Source: the human T2T-CHM13v2.0 reference genome, Homo sapiens. From it: a stretch of 64,000 nt of DNA. The notes under the pieces were generated by a model. The model ran no database searches, had not been told where the DNA came from, and saw nothing but the letters and a program-made list of their open reading frames with translations. Below, piece after piece: positions 30,646 to 51,901 of the stretch. The translations under genes and the position numbers were made by a program. Position 1 is the stretch's first letter; every line of letters starts with the position of its first letter. The DNA lies in the NCBI RefSeq assembly GCF_009914755.1, contig NC_060936.1. One strand, written 5' to 3'.

Positions 30646-32748
30646 CAAATCCAGACATTTCTAATTCCAAAAACCATTCTCTTTGCCATTCTGCCACACT
30701 GCTTCTCAGGAATCTTCTGGTTATTCATTCCTCCTTTGAGTGAATATTTATGAACATGTATGGGCTGTGTACTCATTATTATTGTGAGAAGTGTCCATTA
30801 AAGGAAAGCTTGAAACTGTGAGAACAAATAATAATGGCATTTGACCTAGTCTGGGTTGGGGATGGGGATCAGAGAAGTTTCCTCCAAGGAAGAAGCTTTA
30901 AGCTGAGATTTGGATAAAGCATGTAAATGAGCCAGCCTGATGAGGCTGGCATGGGCGGGTAGGGAGGTGGGGAAGAGAGTATTATAGGCAGCACATGTGC
31001 AAACGTGGTCAAAAGGGACCACAACACCTTCAGGGAACTGAAATGCAGCCAAAAAGGGATGAAACTCAAGGATTCTGGTTTTTATTCTAAGAGCAGCGGG
31101 AATCCTTTGAAGTTTCAAGCCAGCAACCGATATGATTAGCTCATAAGGAGGTACTATCAGACTTGAACCTAAGACATCCGCTTTCTGGTGGGAAGCCTCG
31201 TCCACAGACTTCTGACCTCTAAAAGCCCCAGAGAGCACACAGCCTAGAGCCAGAGCTCCCTTCCCAGGTGTGGATTCCTTTGAGTAAGCAAATTCCTTCC
31301 TGAAAATAAATGAGGCACTAGAAGAGGTTCATCATCACCTTCAGCCCACTGGGATGCCAACTATGACTTATTGGTTATTGTTATTACCACAATTACAGTT
31401 CACTGCGCACTTTCACATGCATCACACCTCGCCTCTGCTTGTGAATGATGAATTCGCTGGCTGCTGCCTCAACTCTCATTGGGGCTGCTCTGGAAGGTGG
31501 CACTTGGAGGCACTCAGAGACAATGCTGACCCATAAGGCCCCCACTGCTGTGCCTGATTTATAAGCATTAGAGACAGACAATAATAATGAAGCATCAGCT
31601 CAATGAGGCTCCTTCCTTTGTAAGAACCCACAGCACAAGCACTGGCTTTGGAGTCAGACTGATGTGGATCCAAAACCTATTGCCCTTGGACAAGTCATCT
31701 AGCCTTTCTCTAAACCTCTGTTTTCTCATCTGTAAAATGAGATTGTGTCGCATCAAAGCTTGGCTTTGGAACCAGACAAACTAAGGTCAGGCTCCATGGC
31801 CATGACTAATTGCCGGGTTATGTTGGGCAAGTTGCTTCACCTCTCTGAGTCTGATTCTCATTCTGTAAAATGAGGCTCATTAGCAGCCAATCCCAAAGGG
31901 TTGTAGTGAGAATAAGATAATATTATCCCTGTAAAATATTACTAATGTTATGGAAATAACATCTAGTTCAATGAAACATTTTAAGCACTTAATCAGATAA
32001 TGCATTTATTTAACATATTAGCATGTGCCTGGCATAGAGTAAGTATTCAATAAATGGCAGTGAGGTTGGTGGTGGGGATGGTGGTGGGGACGGTTGTTAC
32101 TTTTATCTCACACATGTTGCCCCATGGAATCTTCTCCTGCTGAGACAGGTACATTCACCATTACCATCACCCCATCCCATATATGTCAAAGAGCAACAAG
32201 CAGTGACTTCCATAAGGTCTTCAAAGACAAAACCACTCTAGACCCTGGCTCTCATGAGACCATCACATGGCCTCTGCTTTCAATTTAATGATAAAATAAC
32301 CATGGTTACAGAGCAAGAATGTGTTGAAGTTTCCCTTCCTCATTAATTCCTCTGGGAAAAAAATCTCCCTAATCTTTTGCTAAGGCAGCAGACATTAAAG
32401 CTTCAACGCAGAGCTACAGAGAGACGGTTAGGAAAAGCTGGAAAAGCTGCAGATTCTCTTTTGCCCCTCACTTTAGAAGCTGGATTCCTTTCTCACTTTA
32501 GATCCCAAATCTGCTCCCATCAAGGCTGACATCGAACTGAGGGGCCTGCAGAAATCCCTACAAGCCAGCACATCCAGCCCCCAGCCTCAAGGCCGGGCTG
32601 CCCCCTAGCCATCTGAAAATACAGCTTTTCTTAAAATCTGGTAGCAGTGTCCCTGATGATCAGAAGCAGTTAGGATACTTGTGAAAAATACAAATTTCTA
32701 CGCCTCCTCATCCCAGAATCCACTGAATCAGAATATCCAGAGGTAGTG

Positions 32749-33245
<497 letters not shown>

Positions 33246-33470
33246 TAAATGCAGCTTCTGGGGCCCCCCTCCAGGCCTAATGTATTCAAGTCCCAGGAAA
33301 TGTGGCCGAGGAATCTGTATTCATAGCAAACTCTCCAGGTGAGTGCTGTGCTCAGTAGAGTCTGAAGATTCTTGCTCTAGAAAGAGAATTCCCCCTCCTC
33401 CCACATGTAGTTACTGCACAAAATCTTCATGAATTCAGCGCCTTGTTAAAGGACTCATTTTGCCTTGCAG

Positions 33471-33542
33471 CATCTTGTCAGTGCTGAAACAAAACAAGAG
33501 TAATTCTGCTTATAAGGAAATGCAGACCACTCTCAAATCAAG
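33471..33542 (+). CDS. CCDC60: CCDC60 coding exon (72 nt): ILSVLKQNKSNSAYKEMQTTLKS(S)
   Basis: ttttgccttgcag| acceptor, aag|gtagga donor; phase 2-2. Confidence 0.9.
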
Positions 33543-33840
33543 GTAGGAAAGCCTGGAGCCTGCAGCAGGTGCCTCCGAAGGCAGCCCACACTTACAGGGG
33601 CCACTGCAGGGACGCTCCTCCCCAGACCATGGAAAGTGGGACAGGAAAGAGGGAACTTTTTCCTTCTTATGACCTCACTAGAAACAAGCCCCTTTACTGC
33701 AGGGCCAGGCGTGGGAATTCAGGTATTTCTCCCCAACAATTATATACCATCAAGTTAAAATCTTCTAGTCATGGAGAAGTGAGGTGGGGAGGACGCGGTA
33801 CAAGACTATGTCTCTTTCTCTTTACTTGGGTAATTTATAA

Positions 33841-34182
<342 letters not shown>

Positions 34183-36287
34183 ACTTAGAGAATATTCTTA
34201 GATTCCCCATCTGTGCCAGTAACTGCGCTAGGTTTGGGGAATTCATTAGCAAATGAAACAAACACAAACAAACACAGCCTGCCCTCATGGATCTCTGTGT
34301 CTGGGCTGGGGTTATAAACTTTTATGTGCCATAGACTCCTTGGTAGTCTGAGAAAATCTATGGACTCCTTTAAGAAAAATGCTTTTAAATGCGTACTATA
34401 CAGTATAAAAGATCACTAAGAAATTCGTAGTAATCTAGATTGCTATATTACAATCAAATTTGGAATATGGTAATCTATGCGTGTCTTTCACAATGCGTTA
34501 TATAACAAGACTTAACTCCTGTAATTTTGGATTAGTGTTGAGTATAAATGATTTTTCAAATTATCTCTCACAATTGTAATGTGATAGGCAAATACCTGCA
34601 ATTTCCATTTTGGTTGAAAGTTAGTTCAACTAAAGATGCAACTTTTTTCCCATCTGCATTCATGGACCCCTTGAATTCTACCCATGCTCAAGAATTGCTG
34701 ATCTAATGGGAGAGTCAAGCATTTCTCAGATAATCCTACAGCTAGCCATAACATCATGACTGTGAAGTGTTCTGAAAAAGAAGTAGGGGTGTTGGGTGCT
34801 AACCAACACTGAGTCTGATGTTTAAGCTGAGAACTTCAGGACAAAGGAGAATTGACTAGGCTATGAGTTGGAAAAGGTGGGAATGCTGTTCCAAGCAGGG
34901 GGAATAGTGTGTGCAAAGGTCCTGCGGCAGGAGGAAGCTTAGGCTCAGGGGCTCCAAGCAAAGACCAGTGCAGCTGAAACTCAAAGAGGGCCAGGTGGGG
35001 GGCACAGAGTGAGACAGGCAGACGGGTTTTTTGTTGCTTATTTCTGTCTCTTGCTTATCACTCCCTAATAACACCACTTTCTTTACCTCCCACCTCCTCC
35101 CTGAATCACTGTCAAAGCTCTTGAAAAGAAGAGAGCCATCTACAGGAGGAAGGTCAGGGCCACCATGCTCCCCCAAAGGATTCATCTGCAGGGATTAGGG
35201 CAGCTGGTTGGAATCCAAAATCAAGGCTATCTGGATATTGTTAATGGGGGCCTGCTTCTTACCCAAGTAGGATGAGGATTTGCCTACTAGGCCTAAGACC
35301 TCCAGGTCTAGTCCTGTGAGCTTCTGGGGAAACCAGCAAAGGCAGGACCTTTTCTATGGGGAGGGGTCTGGAAAATGGCCAGGCCTGCCTGCCTAAAGAA
35401 GTCCCAAATGCCACAGGGCTAGAAGCAAAGGGTTACCCACACATCATATTAAAAAGGAAAACGGTCTTACCACTCCCTCCCTCAGAGCCACAGATAAAGT
35501 GGTCAGACAGTTTTCCAAGCATTTGGAAGAAAGAAGGGGAAACAGAGTCAGAGAGAAGGTGCTAGACAATGGTGCTGAAAGCCCAAGTCCCTAAACAAGG
35601 ATCCTGGAGAAAGGCATGAAGGGGGTGGTGGGCAGGGGTAGGGGCTCTTCATCCCCCTCTAGGAAGCTTGCCCAGGCAGAGTCACAGGAGGGGGTATCCA
35701 TACGAGGATTCAGTCATCCACACCTAGAAATGGTTGGATGGCATGATGAGTTGATGGGTCACAGATGAGGAAACTGACCATCCAGAAGGGAGCTGCTTGC
35801 TCACAGACTGACAAGGGGTAAAATGGGTGTTGGGCTTCACTAAACTGCACCTGGTCCAGTGTTAAGTGTTGGGCATGGAGAGGAGTGTGGAAAGGTCCTA
35901 AGTCAATTCACCCTCCAGACAAAGAGAACAGTTTTACACAAATGAAACTGAGATCCAGAAAAGACGTAATCCCGACAATATGCAGAGGCGGAAGGTCAAA
36001 GTTAGACACAGGAGAGTTCAGATATACAGGACTTGCTGTGGACCGTAAGGCAGGGTAGGATTTAAATAGGTAGAAAAGAAACAAAGAGGACCCTCCAGGC
36101 AGGGATATGGCATGAGGAAAGGCCAAGAGGTGGGAAGAAATTCATAGAGTTCTGTGACTGGTGCCTTGATTAGAACCACCTCCCATGCCTGAATCCTGGA
36201 AGCTAGCAGGTGCCATGGAGCACTGGGGGCACCCTTTTCTTGAAAAGCAGACTCTGAGCAACTTGAAACCATCCTTTTGTGTTTCAG

Positions 36288-36350
36288 TGAGAGATCCAGC
36301 AGTACAAGTGCAGAAAGCCACATCCAACCAGTCCAGAAGAAGTCTAAAAA
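36288..36350 (+). CDS. CCDC60: CCDC60 coding exon (63 nt): ERSSSTSAESHIQPVQKKSK(N)
   Basis: ttttgtgtttcag| acceptor, aa|gtaagc donor; phase 2-2. Confidence 0.9.
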
Positions 36351-37041
36351 GTAAGCCAGGAGGGCAATGGAAGGAACCACGCAAGAGGGAATATGGTGAC
36401 CACACCCTCTATCTTCCCAGGGGTGTAGAAATGACCCAATGCAGACCAGACTCCCTAAAGCCGTAGATGATGCTGAAGGACAAGGGATCCCCCAGGTTTA
36501 GGGACTCATAGTCAAGAAGCTGAGCAGCAATGCAGACAATGGCAAGAAACTCCTCCGCTGTGCCAGGCACCATGAAAAGCATTCTGTCTTCATTACCTTG
36601 CTTGTTCCTCAAAACCAATCCTATGAGGCAGGAGGACTAACCCATCTTACAAAGGAGCAGGCTGAAACCTGGCCACGTGAAATGTCTTGCCTGAGGCCAC
36701 ACAGCTAAGAAGTGGTGAAGCTGGACTTTGAGCCTGAATCTCCCAGCTCCAAATTCCATCTCCCGTCCTTAACATTTGCTGGGCTCCAGTGACCAGTTGT
36801 CTCACTGTGGGCTCATTTAATAGGGTCTGAACGACCATCCTGATGCTATTGGGAAGATCTGTCCTTTCTACATCCAGGGAGATGCTTAGGGAGGCTCCAG
36901 GTGAGGGCAGAGAACCCAGGTGGCTACAGGGAGTCCCCCATGCAGAGCACCTTGGGGCTAAGGGGGGCCAGAGTGGGACCCAGGTTACTAGGGGACATCC
37001 CTGGGCTCCATTCCCCAAGCCCTTCTTATCTGTGTCCACAG

Positions 37042-37167
37042 CCGCACTAATTGTGACATCAACATCCACTACAAGAGTGGGGTGTGTAACACCATGAGGG
37101 CCAAGTTTTACAGCGTAGCCCAGGAGGCTGGCTTCTGCCTGCAGGACAAGATGGAAATCCTCATGAA
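37042..37167 (+). CDS. CCDC60: CCDC60 coding exon (126 nt): RTNCDINIHYKSGVCNTMRAKFYSVAQEAGFCLQDKMEILM(K)
   Basis: tgtgtccacag| acceptor, aa|gtaagc donor; phase 2-2. Confidence 0.92.
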
Positions 37168-37189
37168 GTAAGCGCACATATATATCCAT

Positions 37190-37700
37190 TCATTCAAACA
37201 GCATTCACTGGGTACCTACTATATGCCTGCCAGGTGCCAGGTGCTGGGGCTATATCACAAACAAGAAGAACTTGTTCTCTGTCCTCAGGGAGCTCACAGT
37301 CTTCTGGAAAATATGGGCAGAAACAAAATAACTGCATCCATAAATATATAGGTACAAATTCTAATCATTGTCCTACAGTAAGAGAACAGGGTGCTATGAG
37401 ACAGAGATAGAGAGCATAGGTACCTAATCTAGATGGGGAAATCTGGGAAGACCTCTCTGAGGAGGTGACTTTTAGATGAGTCCTGAAGGATGAGGAAGAG
37501 CCAGCAGTGTGATGAGAAGGTGGAATGACATTCCAGGTAGAAGGAAAAGTGCATGCAAAGTCCCAAGTCCAGAAGGGACATGGAGAATTTGAAGAGGATG
37601 GACAAGTGGTAGATGAGGGCTGCATCACGCAAGCCACAAATGCCAGAGTTATGATGCGGGATTTGATCTTAAGAGCACCAGAAAGCCACTGAAAGTTTTT
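37190..37700 (-). mobile_element. L2 relic
   Basis: cattcattc...gggtacctactatatgcc...tcctcagggagctcacagtct L2 3'-end motifs. Confidence 0.65.
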
Positions 37701-38051
37701 CTTCCCTGTTCTGATAACCCAATAACTTCTGCCCTTTCTAGCTTACTCCTTGACTCCAGAGACCATCCATCCCGATGAATGCATCTATACAACAAAGTTT
37801 GCATCATAGCCCGTTGCACTCTCATTTTCACAGCACTAATGGGCTGAATGCTCTGGGGCTAGGGTTGGAGAAGACTAATCCTTGCCCTTTCCTTCTGGGA
37901 GCTAACAGTCCAGTAGGGAAGATGGAAAGGTAAACAGGAAAGTAGCACACAGGGGTCTGGATGTTGTGGGAGGAAGCAGCCTGAACACAAAAGGGATGCC
38001 CCACCTGGCCCAGGACAGCCCTCAGAAAGGTTTCCTTGGAGGAAACAGCAG

Positions 38052-38087
<36 letters not shown>

Positions 38088-38315
38088 TTGAGACAGGGTT
38101 TTGCTCTGTTACCCAGGCTGGAGTTCAGTGGCATGATCATACCTTACTGCAGCCTCGAGTGATAAGTTTTTTGGTTTTTGGTTTTTGGGGTATTTTTACA
38201 GATAGGGTCTTGCTATATTTTCCAGGCTGGTGTCAAACTCCTGGCCTCAAGCAGTCCTCTCACCTTGGCCTCCCAAAATGCTGGGTTTGCAAGCATGAGC
38301 CACCACACACAGCTG
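38052..38315 (-). mobile_element. AluJ, internally deleted
   Basis: Alu consensus pieces. Confidence 0.85.
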
Positions 38316-38556
38316 GAAACAATATTTTCAGTTTAATAAACATAGATGATATTTCCAGGGCACTTACTATGTACCAGTCATGGATGTAAGAGCTTTGTAT
38401 TTATGTATCATTTAATGCTCACAACAATCCTATGAGGTAGGTGCTATCATTAACTTATTTTGTAGATGATAAAAGTGAGCTCAGAGATGCCTCTTGTCAA
38501 AGGTTCTCCAATGGCTAAGTAGTAAAGCTAGAATTCAAACCCAAAGAGTCATGCTG

Positions 38557-40775
38557 AACAACTTGGAAAATATATTTCAGGATGTCATCCATGAAAACTT
38601 CTTCAACCTTGCTAGAGAAGCCAATAGTCAAATTCAGGAAATACAGACAACTCCTGCAAGATTCTATACAAGAAGATCATCCCCAAGACACATAATCATC
38701 AGGTTTTCCAAGGTCATAATGAAGAATGTTAAAGGCAGCTAGAGAGAAAGGGCAGGTCACCAAAAAAGGGATCCCCATGTGGCTAACAGCAGACCTCTCA
38801 GCTGAAACCCTGTAAGCCAGAAGAGACTGGGGGGCTATATTCAACATTCTTAAAGAAAAAAATCTTCAACAAAGAATTTCATATCCAGACAAACTAAGCT
38901 TCCTATGTGAAAAAGAAATAAGATCCTTTTCAGATAAGCAAATGTTGAGGGACTTAATCACCACCAAACTTGCCTTCCAAGAAATCTTGAAAGGAGCACT
39001 AAATATAGAAAGGAAAGACTGCTATCAGCTAATACAAATACACACAAAAATACCTAGGGAAGTGAAAGATCTCTACAATGAGAATTACAAAACACTGCTC
39101 AAAGAAATCAAAGACACAAACAAATGGAAAAACATCCCATGCTCATGAGTAGGAAGAATCAATATCACTAAAATGGCTATACTGCCCAAAGCAATTTATA
39201 GATTCAATTATATTCCTATCAAACTACCAAAAAGATATTCTTCACAGAACTAGAAAAAAATATTTTAAAAATTATATGGAACCAAAAAAGAGCCTGAATA
39301 ACCAAGGCAATCTTAAGCAAAAAGAACAAAACTGGAGGAATCACATCACCTGACCTCAAACTATACTACAAGGTGACAGTGACCAAAACAGCATGATACT
39401 GGTACAAAAACAGGCACATAGACTGATAGAACAGAACAGAGAGCCCAGAGTAAGGCTGCACATGTATGGCCATCTGATCTTTGACAAAGGTGACAAAACA
39501 AGCAATGGGGAAAAAACTCTCTATTCAATAAATGGTGCTGGGATAACTGGCTAGCCATATGCAGAAGATTGAAGCTAGACCCCTCCCTTACACCATAAAT
39601 AAAAATCAACTCAAGATGGATTAAAGACTTAAATGTAAAACCCAAAACTATAAAATCCCTGGAAGACAACCTAGGCAATACCATCCTGGACCTAGGGATG
39701 GGCAAAGATTTTATGACAAAGACACCAAAAGCAATTGCAACAAAAGCAAAAATTGACAAATGGGATCTAATTGAACTTAAGAGCTTCCGCCCAGCAAAAG
39801 ATGCTATCAACCGAGTAAACTGACACCCCACAGAATGGGAGAAAATATTTGCAAACTATGCATCTGACAAAGGTCTAATATCCAGCATCTATAAGGAACT
39901 TAAAGAAATTTACAAGAGAAAAACAACCCATTGAAAAGTGGGCAAAGGACATGAACAGACACTTTCTTAAAAGAAGGCATACATTGTGGCCAAGAAGCAT
40001 ATTTTAAAAAGCTCAACATCACTGATCATTAGAGAAATGCAAATCAAAACCACAATGAGATACCATCTCACTCCAGTCAGAATGACTATTATTAAAAAGT
40101 CAAAAAATAACAGATGCTGGTGAGGTCATGGAGAAAAAGGAATCCTTATACACTGTTGGTGGGAGTGTAAATTAGTTCAACCATTGTGGAAAGCAATATG
40201 GCTATTCCTTAAAGAGCTAAAAGCAGAACTTCCATTTAATCCAGCAATCCCATTACTGGGTATATACTACCCAAAGGAATATAAATCATCCTACCATAAA
40301 GACACATGCATGTGAATGTCCACTGCAGCACTATTCACAATAGAAAGGACACAGAATCAATCTAAATGCCCATCAATGACAGACTGGATAAAAAATTGTG
40401 GTACATTCATACCATGGAATATTATGCAGCCATAAAAAAGAATGAGATCATGTATTTTTGGGGAACATAGATGGAGCTGAAGGCTATGATCCTAGCAAAC
40501 TAACACAGGAACAGAAAACCAAATACCACATGTTCTCACTTGTAAGTGGAAGCTAAATGATAAGAATTTATGAACACAAAGAAGGAAACAACAGACACTG
40601 GAGTCTACCTTGAGGGGGGATGGTGGGAGGAGGGGGAGGAGCAAAAAAATAACTATTGGGTACAGAGCTTAATACCTGGGTGATGTAGTAATATGTACAA
40701 CAAACCCCCGTGACACATGTTTATCTATGTAACAAATCTTCACATGTAGCCCCAAATCTAAAACAAATTTTTAAA
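38557..40775 (+). mobile_element. Old primate L1 (L1PA13-16/L1PB-like), 5'-truncated with large internal deletion
   Basis: ORF1 C-terminal half, then ORF2 C-terminal part, then 3'UTR; TSD aaa(g/a)agtcatgctg at 38543-38556 and 40773-40786. Confidence 0.9.
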
Positions 40776-40941
40776 AAGTCATGCTGGAAAAGTAGGGTGG
40801 AAGGGAGTTTCAAGGAAAAGCAACAGATAGGTCCCAGAAGTCAGAGGGGCACAGAGAGCCAGGGAACTGCCAGTAGTCAGGTGTGGCTGGGGCATACAGT
40901 GTTTGCAAGGTGATCAGAGAGCTAGAGAAGCCAGATTATAA

Positions 40942-41319
<378 letters not shown>

Positions 41320-41963
41320 ATCTCAGAGACTTTGATCATGACCCAAAGGATAAAATTCTGGAAGAGAAGGGATGGAAAGGATGAGGATAAAGCTGGAAAA
41401 TGTGGGGGCTGAATAATTTAGAGCCTTAGAGAAGAATTTATTCTGAGTAAACTGAAAAGCTATTGAAAGCTGTAGGCAGTGGGGTGACATGGTGATATTT
41501 ATAATATAAAGTCTCATTGGAGAGACAGAACATAGGCACAAGATGATAAGGGGAGTGGGGAAGAGAGGAACCAGCACAAGTTAACACCTACTGTGTGTCT
41601 GGCATGAATCTCAACAGTTTACACACATTATATCATTTAATCCTCACCTCTGGAAAATAGGAATCATTATTATTCCCCATCTTAGAGACTGAAAAGCTAT
41701 GTAAATACAATCAGAAGTAGGAAGAGAATGAAAGCTAATAAAAAGTGACTAGATTTAACTGTGCTTAAGTAGTGCTTCAGGACCTTGGAGAGAGCTGTAT
41801 CCTCTTGTGGCAAAAGCCAGAGCCTAAGTTAAAGATTAGCTGACAGGGTTAAGAAAAGCCTCATGAAGGAAAAGGTGTTTAAGTCAGATCTCAAAGGGCA
41901 GCTAAGATGGTTACAGGAGGAGGGGATCTCATTCTTCTCTCTCTTTCTCATACAACCTTGTAG

Positions 41964-42095
41964 GCGCCAAGAAGAGAGAGGTATCCAGAAGTTCCGTGCT
42001 TTTGTCCTTGTCTCAAATTTTCAAAAGGACATAGCAAAAATGAGACATCACATATCTGTAGTAAAAGGAGATGCAGAAGAAATTGCAGACCACTG
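41964..42095 (+). CDS. CCDC60: CCDC60 coding exon (132 nt): RQEERGIQKFRAFVLVSNFQKDIAKMRHHISVVKGDAEEIADH(W)
   Basis: ccttgtag| acceptor, tg|gtaaat donor; matches tail of ORF 41863..42099. Confidence 0.92.
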
Positions 42096-44222
42096 GTAAA
42101 TATCCTAAGAACCAGATAAGATGGTCCCTGGAAGAGAACAGGGTGTTGTTATTACAAGATCACTATTGATTCCACTGTCCTTCAAGGCATAGAGAGGCAT
42201 TACTCCAAAACTGTCATTGGCCATCAACAGGATCCCCCACCCCCCAGAAACACTAAATCCAGAGCACAATCAGGCCCAAAACTCCTGGTTTCTGAAATCA
42301 CAGATAATCCAACCCATTGCGTTCTCCATATTTACCTGCTGTTTGATTCAGACTTGCAAATAAGGACAACCTTGCCAGGCCCTGTGGGACAGGCAGATGA
42401 GGCATATCAACCTGAAAATTTCTACAGATTCTGAGGTCTATGGGGGTGATCACTGCATCCCCCCAAGTAACGTAATCCCTAAAAAGTGCAAAACCAGGCA
42501 GTCATATCCTAGAAACACTGTGCCACAGCATAAGGGTGATGATAAGTAACAACAAAAAAAGCAACATGAATTGAGTGATTACTGGATGGCAGTCACTACA
42601 TAAGCAATTTTCATAAATTGTCCATTTTATCCCCCCCAACAAAATAATCCTGAAAGATACATATTAACCCCCATTTCACAAACAAGGAAACAGAGACTCA
42701 GAGGGGTAAATTCACTTGTCAAAGGTCACACCATCAGTTAACTGGTGAATTTAGGATTCGAACTCCTGTCTAACCTCAGTCTGTGTGCTCATTTGCAATA
42801 CAGAATTGGAATCTACTGAACTGTGGTGTCCCGAACCCCATCCTAGCAGGGTGAATACACTAAGATTTAAGAGTAAGATGAGAAAGTAAAAAATGTACCC
42901 AGAATCCCTTCCATGAGTTTTATAATGTGAAACAGGAACTTACAAGCAGGTCCCTGGAGTCTTTGCAGAGTTGTTGGAACTTCTACACATCCTCACATCC
43001 CAGAACATCACTTTCTCACAAGCAATGTCTGGCCCTGAAGATACATGAGTCTTTTAAGAGGGACCCTCTTACGAAAGGGAGAAAAGGGTCTTCTGCAAAC
43101 CCTCTTCCCTCTGTGGGAGGGAATTTGGGGGGAGGAGGAAAGGTTGTTATGAACTAACTCACATAAAGGTATTACAGAAGGAAATTAATGCTGGTCCTCC
43201 CACAGTGAGATTCAGCCCACAAATCTAATGGTGGAATTTCTGTCATTATTATGGGGGAAGTAATTGCCCTCCATAGTAACATTAAAATCAAGTCAAACAA
43301 ACCACAGCGTCGTAAGGATGATGTTGAGTTGTAGTTGTTCATTCATCCAATTACTCATTCAGTTTTTCAAATGATAGTTATTGAGCACCTACTATGAGTT
43401 AGGCAGTATTCTAGCAGTCTGAATACTGAATAACTCAGACAAGTTTCCTCTTCTCCTCAACGGGACTTTATTCTAAACAAGGAGACAGGAATCAATATAA
43501 TAAATATATATCCTAGAATATAAAGCAGTATGAGAAGCCCAAAACATATAATGGATGATCAGTTACATCTTCAAAATTTTCCACAATGGGCACATATATA
43601 GCAAGGGGTGAGGGAGTTTTTTTTTTTTTAAGAGATCTACCAGCCTTAAACCTGATCACATCTGAACCATCTCCTTAGGTTAGACCTAAGGTAGATTAGA
43701 TCAAGTAGGTTCTTCAAGGATGGATTCCAAAACTACTCTCACATTCACATAACACTGAAATACACAAAGCTTTGACCCAACCTTGCTCATTAATCAAAGA
43801 GATAGAAAATACACACACACACCGTCGTGTGTGAGAGCCTCCAGCATCCTAGTAGACATCCCAAAGATGTGTGTACATCAACTCCGACCTGATTAACCCT
43901 CAGAAGAGAAGTTTCAGATCCCAAAGTCCATTCCTTTCTTCTAACATTTCACATTGTCTGATAGAAAAATTACAAATACATCCCTTGAAATCACAACTTT
44001 GTTTTATTTTTTAATGAAATGCAAGTCATTCTCCATCTTTTTCTACCCCTAAAAGTAAAGACAGGCCTGATCTGTGGGTCACAGAGGAAAGGTCCCTAGA
44101 TAAAGAATACTGCTGCCCTGGAGACATCACAGAGAGCAGAAAGAGAAAGTGGAGATGGATGGCCAGAGGTGCTCAGATCTTCCAGCAGCTTCCTAACTCG
44201 TCCTCTCCTTTTGGAATTGAAG

Positions 44223-44412
44223 GTACTTTGATCTGTTGTCCAAACTGCCAGAGGATCTAAAGAACTTCCGCCCCGCCAAAAAGATCCTGGTGAAACTGCA
44301 GAAGTTTGGAGAAAACCTGGACTTGCGGATTCGACCCCATGTCCTCCTGAAGGTGCTGCAGGATCTGAGGATTTGGGAACTGTGCTCCCCTGACATCGCT
44401 GTGGCTATTGAG
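44223..44412 (+). CDS. CCDC60: CCDC60 penultimate exon (190 nt): YFDLLSKLPEDLKNFRPAKK...CSPDIAVAIE
   Basis: ttgaag| acceptor, gag|gtaaac donor; phase 2 in, 0 out; ORF 44236..44538. Confidence 0.92.
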
Positions 44413-45744
44413 GTAAACACCACCTCCTTCCCCTCCACAGTGTTTCAGGTGTCCTCATTCAATCACCTCTCAACATTCAGGCACTGTTTAAGTGCTGGGG
44501 ACACAAAGTCCCCTGCCTTTATGGAGCTCATATTCTAATAGTAGAGGGATTGTCCCATTACCTGGTTGCCCAACTCCAACTGCAAGGGACATTATATTCT
44601 ATATAAATGGTACCCCCTGGAAACTCAGAGGCTTTGGGGTGGCATAAAAAATGGGCAGTAATAAGGAGTCCTTTATCTTGCTACTAAAAGTGTACTCCAT
44701 GGACCAGCAGCATGGACCTCACCTGGGTGCTTGTTAGAAACGCAGAATTGCAGGTTTCAAGTCAATCTGCCAACTCCAAGTTTATATTTTAATGGGATTC
44801 CAGGTGTCTTGTATGCACAATACAGTTTGAGAAGCCCCGTATGTAAGTTAGAAGGGATCTACCTTAACTCAGGCAACTGGGAAGGTGACTTTTAAGGCAA
44901 GACCAGAATCATGAGAAGACGGCACCATGAAGAGAAAGGGAAAGAGCAGATCAAGAAGAGAAGACAGTGTGTGCAAAGATCCCAAAGCAGCACACGACTT
45001 GACTTGTTGGAAGAACTCACTGGCACTCAGTGAGTATGGAAGGAAGCAGGCAAGGAGTGCATAGTTCCCAGGGGATTGGAGAGGTCAGTCTGTGCAAACC
45101 TTTGAAGGTCAAGATAAAAATTTAGGAGCCACTAAACAGTTTTCCATTGTCATTCACCACCATCACCAGAAGAAGTTCCTGGTGTTTGTCAAAATGCATC
45201 AGCAATACAAGGACTCCACAGTAAGGTGTTAGCAGAGGTTAATGAAGTCACTTCTTTAATTTTATCAGACGGCATATGTGCATTTTAACAGGGCCTTCAA
45301 CGCCTCCCTCCTGGTAAAGAAGTGACTCAAAAGGTCAAATTCCCAGGCCTTGACAGGCTATGGAGCGTTTGACATTTTCATACCAGGAGGGCCCTTCCAC
45401 AGAATGACCTGGGTGTGTTAATGAGGGCAAGGTTAGGAGTGGAAGGAGGGGGATGACCTTGTAGACAAATTCAAATGCCAAGACTCTACTCCCCATGACC
45501 CGTGAGGCTCCTTCAGGAAAGATTCTAGCAGGTTTGGCCAAAACTAACTCTAGGGCAACTTCCACCTTCTATTTACCAGTTATGGGGTCCAACTTCCACT
45601 TGAAGTTATGGAGGACTTTGAAAAGCTAGTCCCTGCATGGGTAAGAAGAGGGAGTACTAGGGGCTCCTCTTTTATATGAGGTGAGTTCACAGCCCTGACT
45701 AATAAAATTTAGCAAGCTCTTTTCCTAGTGAGAACATCACAGAA

Positions 45745-51901
<6,157 letters not shown>

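Noticed and set aside
36647-37189. 180-aa ORF (-)
   Set aside because: Antisense shadow of a CCDC60 exon plus GC-rich intron and MIR sequence; no independent evidence.
43669-43696. Small hairpin CCTTAGGT-TAG-ACCTAAGG
   Set aside because: 8-bp arms are expected by chance in 64 kb; no ncRNA features.
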